Part shown: positions 28,264 to 36,419 of the stretch, piece by piece
How positions within the stretch are numbered: position 1 is the stretch's first letter
How the letters are laid out: each line of letters starts with the position of its first letter
Assembly: GCA_021790215.1 (NCBI GenBank)
Contig: JAJYIG010000001.1
Location: 194-64,193 of the forward strand
Origin: a bacterium
GTDB taxonomy: Bacteria > Patescibacteriota > Microgenomatia > UBA8517
DNA: 64,000 bases
Direction of reading: 5' to 3'
The notes under the pieces: generated by a model
The model's input: the letters and a program-made list of their open reading frames with translations, nothing else
The model's database searches: none
What the model was told of the DNA's origin: nothing
Translations under genes and position numbers: made by a program

Positions 28264-29559
28264 CTAAGATAGTCTATTTTGAAAGTATTCGGAAAGTTTG
28301 TCAACTGCAAGCCTTTCCTGCTTTGCACTATCTCTATCACGAATCGTCACAGTCCCATCATCAAGTGTCTGAAAATCAATCGTAACACACCATGGAGTTC
28401 CAATCTCATCCTGTGCAAAATAGCGCTTTCCGATATTTCCACGGTCATCCCATGTAACCACAAAATTCTTTTTCAGGGTTTGATAAATTTCCCGGGCCTT
28501 TGCAACCAAATCGGGTTTATTGGCAAGAAGAGGAAAAACTGCAACTTTATAGGGAGCAAGTCGAGGGTCTAATTTTAAATAAACACGAAGTTCTGAACCC
28601 GCCGATAAATCTTCTCTATAAGCATCAATTAGGAAAAATAGAGCCGCCCGGTCAACTCCACCCGAGGTCTCAATAACCCAGGGCGTATATTCCTCACCCG
28701 TCTGATTATCGTGATATGAAAGCTTGTGATTCCCCAAATCATAGTCACCCCTATGATGAATTCCCTCCATTTCGCTCCATCCGAAAGGAGCCTGATATTC
28801 AATATCTGTTGCGTACCTTGCATAGTGAGCCCTTTTTTCCGGCTCGTGATCGTGAAAATGAAGCTTCGAGTCATCCATTCCTAAACTTTTATACCAATTT
28901 AGTCTAACTTCCTTGAATTCCTCAAAAGTCTTAGCACTGCTATCTTCATCCGGTCTCACAAAATACTCCAACTCCATCTGTTCAAATTCGCGCGAACGGA
29001 AAGTAAGATTCCCCGGAGTAATTTCGTTTCTGAACGCTTTTCCTATTTGGGCAATACCAAAGGGAATTTTAACACGGGTTGAATCAACCACATTTTTAAA
29101 GTTAACAAAGACTCCCTGAGTAATCTCACCACGGAGATAAGATTTCTCTTTAGGTTCGGTGGTTCCCAAAAGAACCTCCGTCATCAAATTAAAAGTTTTC
29201 GGTTCGCTCCACTCAACTTCTTCTTTGTGTGTTTTCTCGTGATCCTTTATTGCCCCTTCGTTGTCTGCGCGAACCCTTTTGTGGCAAACTTTGCATTCAA
29301 CAAGAGGGTCTGTGAAAGCTTGCAGGTGTCCCGATTTTTCCCAAACAATCGGGTTCATGATAATTGCAGCGTCTATCCCTACAACATCTTCCCGGCTATA
29401 AACCATACTTTTCCACCACTCACGCTTTAAATTGTTCTTAAATTCCACACCGGCAGGCCCATAATCCCAAAAACCTTGATAACCGCCGTAGATTTCACTA
29501 CCCGGGTAAATAAAACCTCTCCTTTTTGCAAGAGAAGTAATTTTTTCCATTAAATCCAT
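28264..29559 (-). CDS. glyQS: Glycyl-tRNA synthetase, alpha2 type
   Basis: KRRGF, EIYGG, SGH, FNLM, LRGEITQG, AQIGKAFRNEITP, REFEQME, RGDYDL, IGKRY-QDEIGTP. Confidence 0.95.
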   Translation of the reverse strand: MDLMEKITSLAKRRGFIYPGSEIYGGYQGFWDYGPAGVEFKNNLKREWWKSMVYSREDVVGIDAAIIMNPIVWEKSGHLQAFTDPLVECKVCHKRVRADNEGAIKDHEKTHKEEVEWSEPKTFNLMTEVLLGTTEPKEKSYLRGEITQGVFVNFKNVVDSTRVKIPFGIAQIGKAFRNEITPGNLTFRSREFEQMELEYFVRPDEDSSAKTFEEFKEVRLNWYKSLGMDDSKLHFHDHEPEKRAHYARYATDIEYQAPFGWSEMEGIHHRGDYDLGNHKLSYHDNQTGEEYTPWVIETSGGVDRAALFFLIDAYREDLSAGSELRVYLKLDPRLAPYKVAVFPLLANKPDLVAKAREIYQTLKKNFVVTWDDRGNIGKRYFAQDEIGTPWCVTIDFQTLDDGTVTIRDRDSAKQERLAVDKLSEYFQNRLS

Positions 29560-29648
29560 AATTAAGAAGAATTATAACAGCATTCAAGAATGTACAGCAA
29601 TCCCATTACCCACCTGAGTTGAAAGCCGATATGTCATTCAGCAGAATG

Positions 29649-30131
29649 TCACATTCCCTGCGTATTCAAAATCCAAATGGAGAAATTAAGAATTGTGGCA
29701 AAGCTAACCCAAATGATATAGGGATAAAGCAAATAGCTTGCGGTTTTGTCCACTTTTGCAAATGCTCCAATGGTTTTGACTATATAAACCCACATCAGAA
29801 CAATAATAATTAAGGCAATAAAAATACTTTTGGCACCGAAAAATGTCGGCGACCAGATTGCATTTAAGACCATCTGAACTCCAAACACGAAAATCGCATC
29901 GCGCACTTTTTTGGTTTTTAATCCTCTCTTCCAAATCAGATAAAAAGAAACTCCCATAAGAATATAAAGAAGAGTCCAGACTGGAGCAAAAAGCCAATTG
30001 GGTGGACTAAAATAAGGTTTATTCAGATTTGTATACCATGTGGAAATTGCTGGTGCTGTAAAGAAAGATCCTAAAAAACCAATTAGAAGCGGAACTATCA
30101 GCGAAACCACGAACTTGACAAATTTATTCAT
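29649..30131 (-). CDS. tspO: TspO/MBR family membrane protein
   Basis: WY-L-KP-FSPPNWLFAPVWTLLY-LMG, LNAIWS-FF, PYIIWVSFA-LN. Start set at ATG 30131 (MNKFVK). Confidence 0.9.
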   Translation of the reverse strand: MNKFVKFVVSLIVPLLIGFLGSFFTAPAISTWYTNLNKPYFSPPNWLFAPVWTLLYILMGVSFYLIWKRGLKTKKVRDAIFVFGVQMVLNAIWSPTFFGAKSIFIALIIIVLMWVYIVKTIGAFAKVDKTASYLLYPYIIWVSFATILNFSIWILNTQGM

Positions 30132-30168
30132 TAGAATAACCTTTATATTACTGTATAATATCCACCAT

Positions 30169-31236
30169 ATGTTTTCAAACAGATTTTTCTCCAAACGAAA
30201 TATTTTACTTGGAATTTTATTTCTAGGTATCTTCGCCTTTGGTTTTATCGTTACGACTTGGGGCATGAAACTTTCAAAGATGTTTGTAAAAAATCCTGTT
30301 TCGGCAACTACGGTTGCGGCAACTCCCAACACATTCTCGCAGGCGACCCCTGCTCCAATAGACCAAGTAAGTACCCAAAAAGGGGTCTATAACGTTATTC
30401 TTTTGGGCTACGGAGGGGCGGGGCATGCCGGTGCACTTCTTACAGATAGTATGATCATTGTCCATGTTGATACAAACACCAAAAAGGCAGCATTAATCTC
30501 CGTACCAAGAGATCTTTGGGTTCCCGGAAATACAAAGGTAAATGCGATCGGATCAATCAATGGTTTTCAGAATGTAGGACCGATGGTTAAAAGTATTACT
30601 GGACTCCCCATAAATTATTTTGTTTCTGCGGACTTCGGGAGCTTTATAAAACTTGTTGACAACCTAGGCGGAATTACCGTTCAAGTTCCTGTAACTTTCA
30701 ACGATCCTTTTTATCCAATCACCGGTCAGGAGAATAACACATGTGGATTTTCGGCAGATCAAATTAAATCTCTCGAGGCAAAATACTCGGGATATCAACT
30801 GGAGACCCAATTTACCTGTCGATATGAACACCTGCATTTTGATAAAGGGCCGGTAAATCTCGACGGCACAACCGCCCTCAAATACGTCCGGTCACGCCAC
30901 GGAGACAGCGATTTTGCCAGATCTTTAAGACAATTCTCTGTTCTTATCGGTATAGAAAACAAACTGATTTCTCTGAAGTCGCTGGGAAAATTTGATGAAA
31001 CAATAAACACCATTAGCGGAATGGTCAAAACAGATCTTGATGCCGGAACGATCAAAACTCTCATTCAGGTTTTTGGAGATCCCGGAGCATACCAGATTAA
31101 CCAAATCCAACTGACAACCGAGAACGTCTTAAATCAAACTACAAGTTCCGACGGGCAGTATATTCTTGTGCCCAAGTCCGGAAACTTTAACTTCAGCGGA
31201 GTGCAAGCATATATTAACGAAAACCTCAACAAATAA
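30169..31236 (+). CDS. LCP (LytR-CpsA-Psr) family phosphotransferase
   Basis: TM, then NVILLG, TDSMI, ISVPRDLWV, KVNA, F-KLVD-LGGI-V, LDG-ALKYVRSRH, SDFARS-RQ. Start set at ATG 30169, preceded by TATAAT. Confidence 0.92.
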   Translation: MFSNRFFSKRNILLGILFLGIFAFGFIVTTWGMKLSKMFVKNPVSATTVAATPNTFSQATPAPIDQVSTQKGVYNVILLGYGGAGHAGALLTDSMIIVHVDTNTKKAALISVPRDLWVPGNTKVNAIGSINGFQNVGPMVKSITGLPINYFVSADFGSFIKLVDNLGGITVQVPVTFNDPFYPITGQENNTCGFSADQIKSLEAKYSGYQLETQFTCRYEHLHFDKGPVNLDGTTALKYVRSRHGDSDFARSLRQFSVLIGIENKLISLKSLGKFDETINTISGMVKTDLDAGTIKTLIQVFGDPGAYQINQIQLTTENVLNQTTSSDGQYILVPKSGNFNFSGVQAYINENLNK

Positions 31237-31241
31237 ACCTT

Positions 31242-32078
31242 TTAATCAGGAAGAATATATATATCCTGCCTGGTATCGCTTACTCCCACCAGCTCCCCCT
31301 CTCCTTTAAGAATTCTTTCGTATGGCCTACAGGTGGAACACCCTCCTTTGGGACATTTGAAATGATTAATTTGCCTTGCAAGCTTTATCCTTCGGGCAAT
31401 AGTCATTACTTTCTCGAAAGATTCATTCATATTGGGCAGTTTTTTTTCAATAGGACCTTCATCTTTATCCAAATACCAATATGAGGCTCCTGAGACCTTT
31501 TTACTCTGGGTATTTGTCGCAAGAAGTAAATAAATGGGTAGCTGGAGTGAATCTTCCCTCTCTTCATTTTTCCCGGTTTTAAAGTCAATAATATGGACAC
31601 TGTCGTCTTCTTCCCGATATTCCAACCAATCAATCTTTCCACAAAGAATAATTCCTTCCCCTTCATCCAGCCAATAATTCGGCAGATTCATTTTTGACTT
31701 AATTTTTATAGCTTTTTCCATAATTGGGCCGGGATTTTCCTGCAAATTCATAAGCATTTGAACTGCCCTGTCCCGATAGGCAATTTCTGTTTCGTGGTTC
31801 AAAAAACCACCTTTCTTACCGGTAACTTTAAGCCAGACAGGATCCAGTTTTTTAACCAAAGAAATTTTTAACCTTTCTTCAACCGGCAGGGTTGCAAGAG
31901 ACTCAATAACTTCATGGACAGCCTGTCCCAGTGCCATAGGATGAGTCACAATCGCCATTTTGTGGCCTGTTCTTGGGTCTTTGTAGACATTTCGCAAGTA
32001 ATAAGCCCTCGGACATTTTAAGAAATCGGAAATTGAGGAGTGTGAAACCCAAACTGCAGAATATTTATCCCCTGTCAT
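31242..32078 (-). CDS. Stand-alone PD-(D/E)XK nuclease of the AddB/RecB/Cas4-like type
   Basis: S-SSI-FLKCPR-YY, G-AVH, GKID, IIDFKTG, QLPIY, C-terminal CPKGGCSTC. Confidence 0.85.
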   Translation of the reverse strand: MTGDKYSAVWVSHSSISDFLKCPRAYYLRNVYKDPRTGHKMAIVTHPMALGQAVHEVIESLATLPVEERLKISLVKKLDPVWLKVTGKKGGFLNHETEIAYRDRAVQMLMNLQENPGPIMEKAIKIKSKMNLPNYWLDEGEGIILCGKIDWLEYREEDDSVHIIDFKTGKNEEREDSLQLPIYLLLATNTQSKKVSGASYWYLDKDEGPIEKKLPNMNESFEKVMTIARRIKLARQINHFKCPKGGCSTCRPYERILKGEGELVGVSDTRQDIYILPD

Positions 32079-32098
32079 ATTCCGATTATATCAAACAA

Positions 32099-32923
32099 TC
32101 ACCTGGTGAGATTTTTCTTTAAATTAAAGTCTGGCTTTCTAACAAAAATAAAAATCATTCCCGCAGCAAACACAACGATTCCTATCCAAATCCAGACACC
32201 GATTGCCTCTTGAATCACAGGAGGAAGCAGTATCCTCGCAATCATATCTCCAATAGTTGTCGTCTGGCTCATTCCATCCGCCATACTTAAGTTTGCAAAT
32301 ATGATAAGCCGATAAAGAACTATTGTTAAAAGTCCTGAAATAAGATAGGTGATCCCCAAAAACGTAAATCTTTTTCCCGATTTAGTGAGGAGAATTAGTA
32401 AAACCGTGAACAAAAGAATAAGAAACACGCTCCCAAAAAACAGAAGATTAACACTTCTTCCAAATTGTGAGACTCCTTTGTAGTCAAAACTTCCTGGGCT
32501 TACATCAAATTTAGTAAGAAGGAGGCTGATAGGCATGGAGTCTTGCATTCCCAAAAGATTATCCGGCAAGAGACTCCTGGGAATCTTATTTATAGGCACG
32601 TAAACATTCCAATCAGCCGCTTTTCCGTTTGCATAACCTAAAATATTTACGACATTTTTATCGATAAGATCTTTCAGATTTCCGGAAGTAATGAGATCTG
32701 TGATAACTTTTACATCACTCACATTTCCCCCGCTGCTATTTATTTTGTCATCAAGATTATTTCTTAAAACAGTTGCCAAACTCTGATAAACGTCATACTT
32801 CGTAAAAGTTACCTGCCAAAACTTAACATCCAAAAGTTGAAATTTTGCTGTTCCGGTAACAATAGCAACTAAGAAGATGGGGATAAAAAAGATAGCTAGT
32901 AACAATTTCGCCACAAATTTCAT
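32099..32923 (-). CDS. Hypothetical membrane protein (1 + 3 TM with a large external loop)
   Basis: Hydrophobic N-terminus from MKFVAK (ATG 32923, preceded by TATACT) and three C-terminal TMs. Confidence 0.7.
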   Translation of the reverse strand: MKFVAKLLLAIFFIPIFLVAIVTGTAKFQLLDVKFWQVTFTKYDVYQSLATVLRNNLDDKINSSGGNVSDVKVITDLITSGNLKDLIDKNVVNILGYANGKAADWNVYVPINKIPRSLLPDNLLGMQDSMPISLLLTKFDVSPGSFDYKGVSQFGRSVNLLFFGSVFLILLFTVLLILLTKSGKRFTFLGITYLISGLLTIVLYRLIIFANLSMADGMSQTTTIGDMIARILLPPVIQEAIGVWIWIGIVVFAAGMIFIFVRKPDFNLKKNLTR

Positions 32924-32967
32924 TGCAAGATTAGTATACAATGAAAAGACGAAGGGTGGTGATAAAT

Positions 32968-33351
32968 ATGGCAGGATACTACGGACACATAGAAAAAGAC
33001 ACCAAGGAAAATTCATTTTTTCGAAAAGTTCTTTTCACCGCCCCCCATTCTCAACTTGTTCTAATGTCACTAAAGCCAAATGAAGAAATAGGAATGGAGG
33101 TTCACCCCGATAATGACCAATTTTTCAGATTTGAGATAGGTCAGGGAAAAGTAATTATTGCGGACGAAGAGTTTTCAGTTGCCGATGGAGATACCGTAAT
33201 TGTTCCGGCAGGACAAATGCATAATGTTATTAATACATCCCAAACTGAAGAACTAAAGCTTTACACAATTTACTCACCGGCACATCATCCGGATGGAACC
33301 ATCCATAAAACGAAGGAGGAAGCTTTGGCGGCAGAAAAGGAAGAAGGGTAG
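32968..33351 (+). CDS. Cupin domain protein
   Basis: FRKVL-T-HSQLVLMSL-P-EEIG-EVH-DQFFR-E-G-G, VPAG-HNV-N, LKLYTIYSP-H-DG. SD-like GGTGGTG before ATG 32968. Confidence 0.9.
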   Translation: MAGYYGHIEKDTKENSFFRKVLFTAPHSQLVLMSLKPNEEIGMEVHPDNDQFFRFEIGQGKVIIADEEFSVADGDTVIVPAGQMHNVINTSQTEELKLYTIYSPAHHPDGTIHKTKEEALAAEKEEG

Positions 33352-33363
33352 TAATAATTTTGT

Positions 33364-33392
33364 TTGAAAATCTTCCGGTAAGGGTGTAAAAT
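33364..33392 (+). promoter_or_regulatory. Sigma70-type promoter TTGAAA-N17-TAAAAT, 8 nt before ATG 33401
   Basis: Read directly; consensus 17-bp spacing. Confidence 0.6.
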
Positions 33393-33400
33393 CTCCCCTT

Positions 33401-33595
33401 ATGAAAACTTGCGAAACCCTCGACCAGTTACGCCAAATCAATGTTATATCAAAGAACGGGTTACCTGATGTGTGCTGCGGATGTTCCAGCAATCTGGAGC
33501 CCGATAGGTGTCCTGTCGTAAGGTTTGCAGCCAAACTCGATCATAATAGCAGAAGTAGAGATTGGCAAAAAAGCGATGAGCCCATTGCTTATTGA
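33401..33595 (+). CDS. Small Cys-rich hypothetical protein (64 aa)
   Basis: Fills the cupin/RNase H-like gap without overlap and has its own promoter-like sequence. Cys at 4, 25, 26, 28 and 37. Confidence 0.55.
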   Translation: MKTCETLDQLRQINVISKNGLPDVCCGCSSNLEPDRCPVVRFAAKLDHNSRSRDWQKSDEPIAY

Positions 33596-33619
33596 GTACC
33601 AAGATCTCATTTCCCTCTA

Positions 33620-34222
33620 TCAAAAAAGACTTGTTTGAATTTCGTCTTTTTCCTTCGGATAACTAAAATCCAACTTAATCTCATGAGACTCGTTCCAGAA
33701 ATCTTTATATCGCAGAACTCCATTTTTTAGAACATAGTCATAAAGGTCGCGGGTTATGATTACGTCCATCTCACAATATTTCTTTAGTTTGGCCAACGAT
33801 TCCCTAGTTCCCTCATTCCAATATTTTATTGCATTTTCACCGCTGTCGTTTTTCTTGCTGCCTAGCGTTGCCTTAGCTAAAGAGTCCAGAGACATTCTTT
33901 TACCCCAGGTCTTTTTAATGGAATCCAGGATGTCGAAATGTTTCAATTTAGACCAGTGAGATGGCAAATACGGCGAAAGGGCGGGAACATCAAAATTGAT
34001 TGAATTAAAGCCGATTATTCTATCCGCTTTCTCAAAAAGTTTAAACATCTCATTAAAATCCTTTTCCCAAAAGCTTTGCATCTTGCCTTCAACTTCGCTC
34101 AAATTTTTATCAAGCGTCCTTGTATATACCGAGGTTATTGAAACACCGAGCTTTGCCGGATCGTTTCCGTTTGTCTCATCAAAAAATGTTTTGGTCTCTG
34201 TATCGAAAATCACTTCAAACAT
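33620..34222 (-). CDS. Ribonuclease H-like (DEDD; RNase_H_2/YprB-like) domain protein
   Basis: FDTET, IIGFNS-FD, HFDIL, SLDSLA-TLG-K, KYC-MDV. Confidence 0.8.
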   Translation of the reverse strand: MFEVIFDTETKTFFDETNGNDPAKLGVSITSVYTRTLDKNLSEVEGKMQSFWEKDFNEMFKLFEKADRIIGFNSINFDVPALSPYLPSHWSKLKHFDILDSIKKTWGKRMSLDSLAKATLGSKKNDSGENAIKYWNEGTRESLAKLKKYCEMDVIITRDLYDYVLKNGVLRYKDFWNESHEIKLDFSYPKEKDEIQTSLF

Positions 34223-34261
34223 ATGTATGTAAACAATAATTTTAGCATAATGAGGAACAAA

Positions 34262-35029
34262 TTAGTGCTTCTTCAAAACATAACTGAGGATAAACATGGC
34301 AACGGCAACAAGTATCACAATTGGACCCGAAGAAGCGTTAAAATTTCTGGCAACTAATATTCCGATAACCGACGCAACTACCCCTGCTCCGATAGACAGA
34401 TACTGATATGAAGTAATACTGCGTGCCAAATTTTTAGCGGTTGCTGCTGGTATAATAACCATAGCTCCGGTTAGTATAGTACCCAAGAATTTAACCCCAA
34501 GAGCCACAACTAAGGCAACAAGAAGTAGGTAGACCAAATTAATTTTATTAATATTGATTTTTTGGGCCTTGGCTAAATCTTCCGAAACAACCCCTAAAAG
34601 AAGCTTCTTGGAAATTGCAAGCGTAACCGCAAAAATGATAATTGCACCAATCATAGTTAAGATGCCATCAGTAAAGCCGATTTTGTCAATATTTCCAAAA
34701 AGTGCCTCCAGAAGATCCGGTTCCGGAGTAAGAAGAAGCCCTATCGAAAGACTGGCGGTAAAAAACACTCCCACTAAAGCCTCCGGATAAACTTCTGAGT
34801 GCTCCGATAGATACCAAATTCCAAAAGTGGCAACGACTAAAGCAATGAGCGCACCAAGAATGGGGTTTATTCCAAAAGTGAGTGCAATTGCGATTCCGGG
34901 TAATGCTACGTGGCTTAAAGCATCTCCAACCAAAGACATGCGTTTAATAACCATAAAACTTCCCAAAAGTCCGCTTGTAGCGCCAACTAAGATTCCTATA
35001 AAAAGCAGGAATGGTAAATTAATGGTCAT
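34262..35029 (-). CDS. znuB: Zn/Mn ABC transporter permease (ZnuB-like)
   Basis: GDALSHVALPG, LFGNI, IPAATA, SGP-VIL. Confidence 0.85.
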   Translation of the reverse strand: MTINLPFLLFIGILVGATSGLLGSFMVIKRMSLVGDALSHVALPGIAIALTFGINPILGALIALVVATFGIWYLSEHSEVYPEALVGVFFTASLSIGLLLTPEPDLLEALFGNIDKIGFTDGILTMIGAIIIFAVTLAISKKLLLGVVSEDLAKAQKININKINLVYLLLVALVVALGVKFLGTILTGAMVIIPAATAKNLARSITSYQYLSIGAGVVASVIGILVARNFNASSGPIVILVAVAMFILSYVLKKH

Positions 35030-35786
35030 GATGGGTGTGATGCTCGTGATGGCTATAAATTGACTCTATATCTGCATGTTTATAGAAAGTAATTCCTTCT
35101 CCATACATTTTAATTAGAGCTTTCTTATCAACAACCTCTTTGGGAGGACCAAAGCAGATTTCAGATTTATTTAGACAAAGAGCAGTCGTCGCGTGCTGAT
35201 AAACAATTTCAAGCTCGTGGGAAATAAATATAATTGTTAAATCGGATTTCGCCTGAAGTTTATGAATAAGGCTATAAACAGTTTCTTCACCGGCAACATC
35301 AACTCCGACAGTAGGTTCATCAAAAAGTAAAACATTAGGATTGCCCAAAAGGGCATAGGCAATTAAGACTCTCTGAAATTCCCCGCCAGAAAGATCCCCA
35401 ATTGAAGTTGACAAAACCCTCAAGTCATTATGCAAGTGACTGGCGTTTTCCAAAAAACCTACTTCCCTCAAAGCATTATCAATTTGCCGCTGGTCATTCT
35501 CTTTTAAACTTAAAAATTCACGGACAGTAAGAGGCAAGTCCTTTTCTACAGCCAACCTTTGGGGAACATAACCAATTTTTACATCTGGCGCCCAGGTAAT
35601 TGTACCCTCAAATGGAATTAACCCTAGAATTGCCCGAAAAAGAACCGTCTTACCAGCCCCGTTCGGTCCAATAATCGCTAGGGTATCATCTCTTTTTACA
35701 TCAAAGCTCACATTTTCAAGAATAATATGACCGTCAAATTTAACGTTCAAACCGGAGACTTTAAGAATACTTGAATCTTCTCGCAT
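35019..35786 (-). CDS. znuC: Zn/Mn ABC transporter ATPase (ZnuC-like) with His-rich tail
   Basis: GPNGAGKT, IGYVPQ, LSGGEFQRV, LFDEPT-GVD, ISHEL, C-terminal HHEHHTHHDH. Confidence 0.88.
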   Translation of the reverse strand: MREDSSILKVSGLNVKFDGHIILENVSFDVKRDDTLAIIGPNGAGKTVLFRAILGLIPFEGTITWAPDVKIGYVPQRLAVEKDLPLTVREFLSLKENDQRQIDNALREVGFLENASHLHNDLRVLSTSIGDLSGGEFQRVLIAYALLGNPNVLLFDEPTVGVDVAGEETVYSLIHKLQAKSDLTIIFISHELEIVYQHATTALCLNKSEICFGPPKEVVDKKALIKMYGEGITFYKHADIESIYSHHEHHTHHDH

Positions 35787-35830
35787 TAACTTATTCTACA
35801 GTTTAGGAGCTGTTTATTCCATGGCGGATC

Positions 35831-36379
35831 TCAATCTTCAGAGATTTTCTTACCTACGCGCTTAGAATAAACCTGCCTTTCAATAACTTCCTCAAGTTGC
35901 CCATCCGGATCTGGAAGTTCCTTATCCTTCGGCCAAAAACCGAGGAGTGTCAAAATTTCGGTAATAAAATCAAAACGCAACTTTTTTAACTTTTTGCTCA
36001 CTTTCAATTCTTCTAAATATCTCTGAAGCAAATCAAAAAGTTCCTGATTCGGTTCCAGTTCCCGCGTTACCTTACTTGTCACTTCCACAAAATAATATGC
36101 GAGAGAAACTTTCTTGAGGCTCTTTCTGATTTCCGAATAATTATCGGTGACTTCCGCCTCTGTCATAATATCAAACCCGTGCGAAGAAACAGCCTGAAAT
36201 TTTATTAGGTTAAAAATCTCCAAGTGTCCTCTTTTCCGGCTATTTGGACGCCTGATACCTTTTGCAATCAAAGTAACTCTGCCTAAATCTTTAGAATAGA
36301 CAGAAAGAATCCTATCCGCCTCGCCATAATTTTTACGGGCGAGAATGATGCCTTCTGATTTATAATTATGTGGTCTCAC
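35831..36379 (-). CDS. recO: DNA repair protein RecO (short form, no Zn finger)
   Basis: GIIL-NYGEADRI-YS-G-AKGIR-SRK-HLE N-terminal OB fold, L-LLGF-P. Confidence 0.88.
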   Translation of the reverse strand: MRPHNYKSEGIILARKNYGEADRILSVYSKDLGRVTLIAKGIRRPNSRKRGHLEIFNLIKFQAVSSHGFDIMTEAEVTDNYSEIRKSLKKVSLAYYFVEVTSKVTRELEPNQELFDLLQRYLEELKVSKKLKKLRFDFITEILTLLGFWPKDKELPDPDGQLEEVIERQVYSKRVGKKISED

Positions 36380-36419
36380 TGAAGACTCTATACCTTATTC
36401 TATCTCAATAATCAACAAT

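Noticed and set aside
28264-29559. glyQS as a dedicated Gly-tRNA supplier for the Fem enzyme
   Set aside because: It is an ordinary housekeeping synthetase 16 kb away with its own promoter; proximity alone is not evidence.
29649-30332. Apparent long overlap between tspO (to 30332) and LCP (from 30040)
   Set aside because: This is an artefact of longest-ORF calling. Family homology begins at ATG 30131 (minus) and ATG 30169 (plus), so the genes are divergent and do not overlap. Similar over-extensions affect ftsW, degT, rsmH and several GTs.
31242-32078. Cas4 / CRISPR system
   Set aside because: No cas1, cas2 or repeat-spacer array in the window; a solo PD-(D/E)XK nuclease is the simpler call.
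33274-33534. 86-aa minus-strand ORF as the gene in the cupin/RNase H gap
   Set aside because: It overlaps the cupin end, whereas the plus-strand 64-aa ORF fits the gap and has a promoter.
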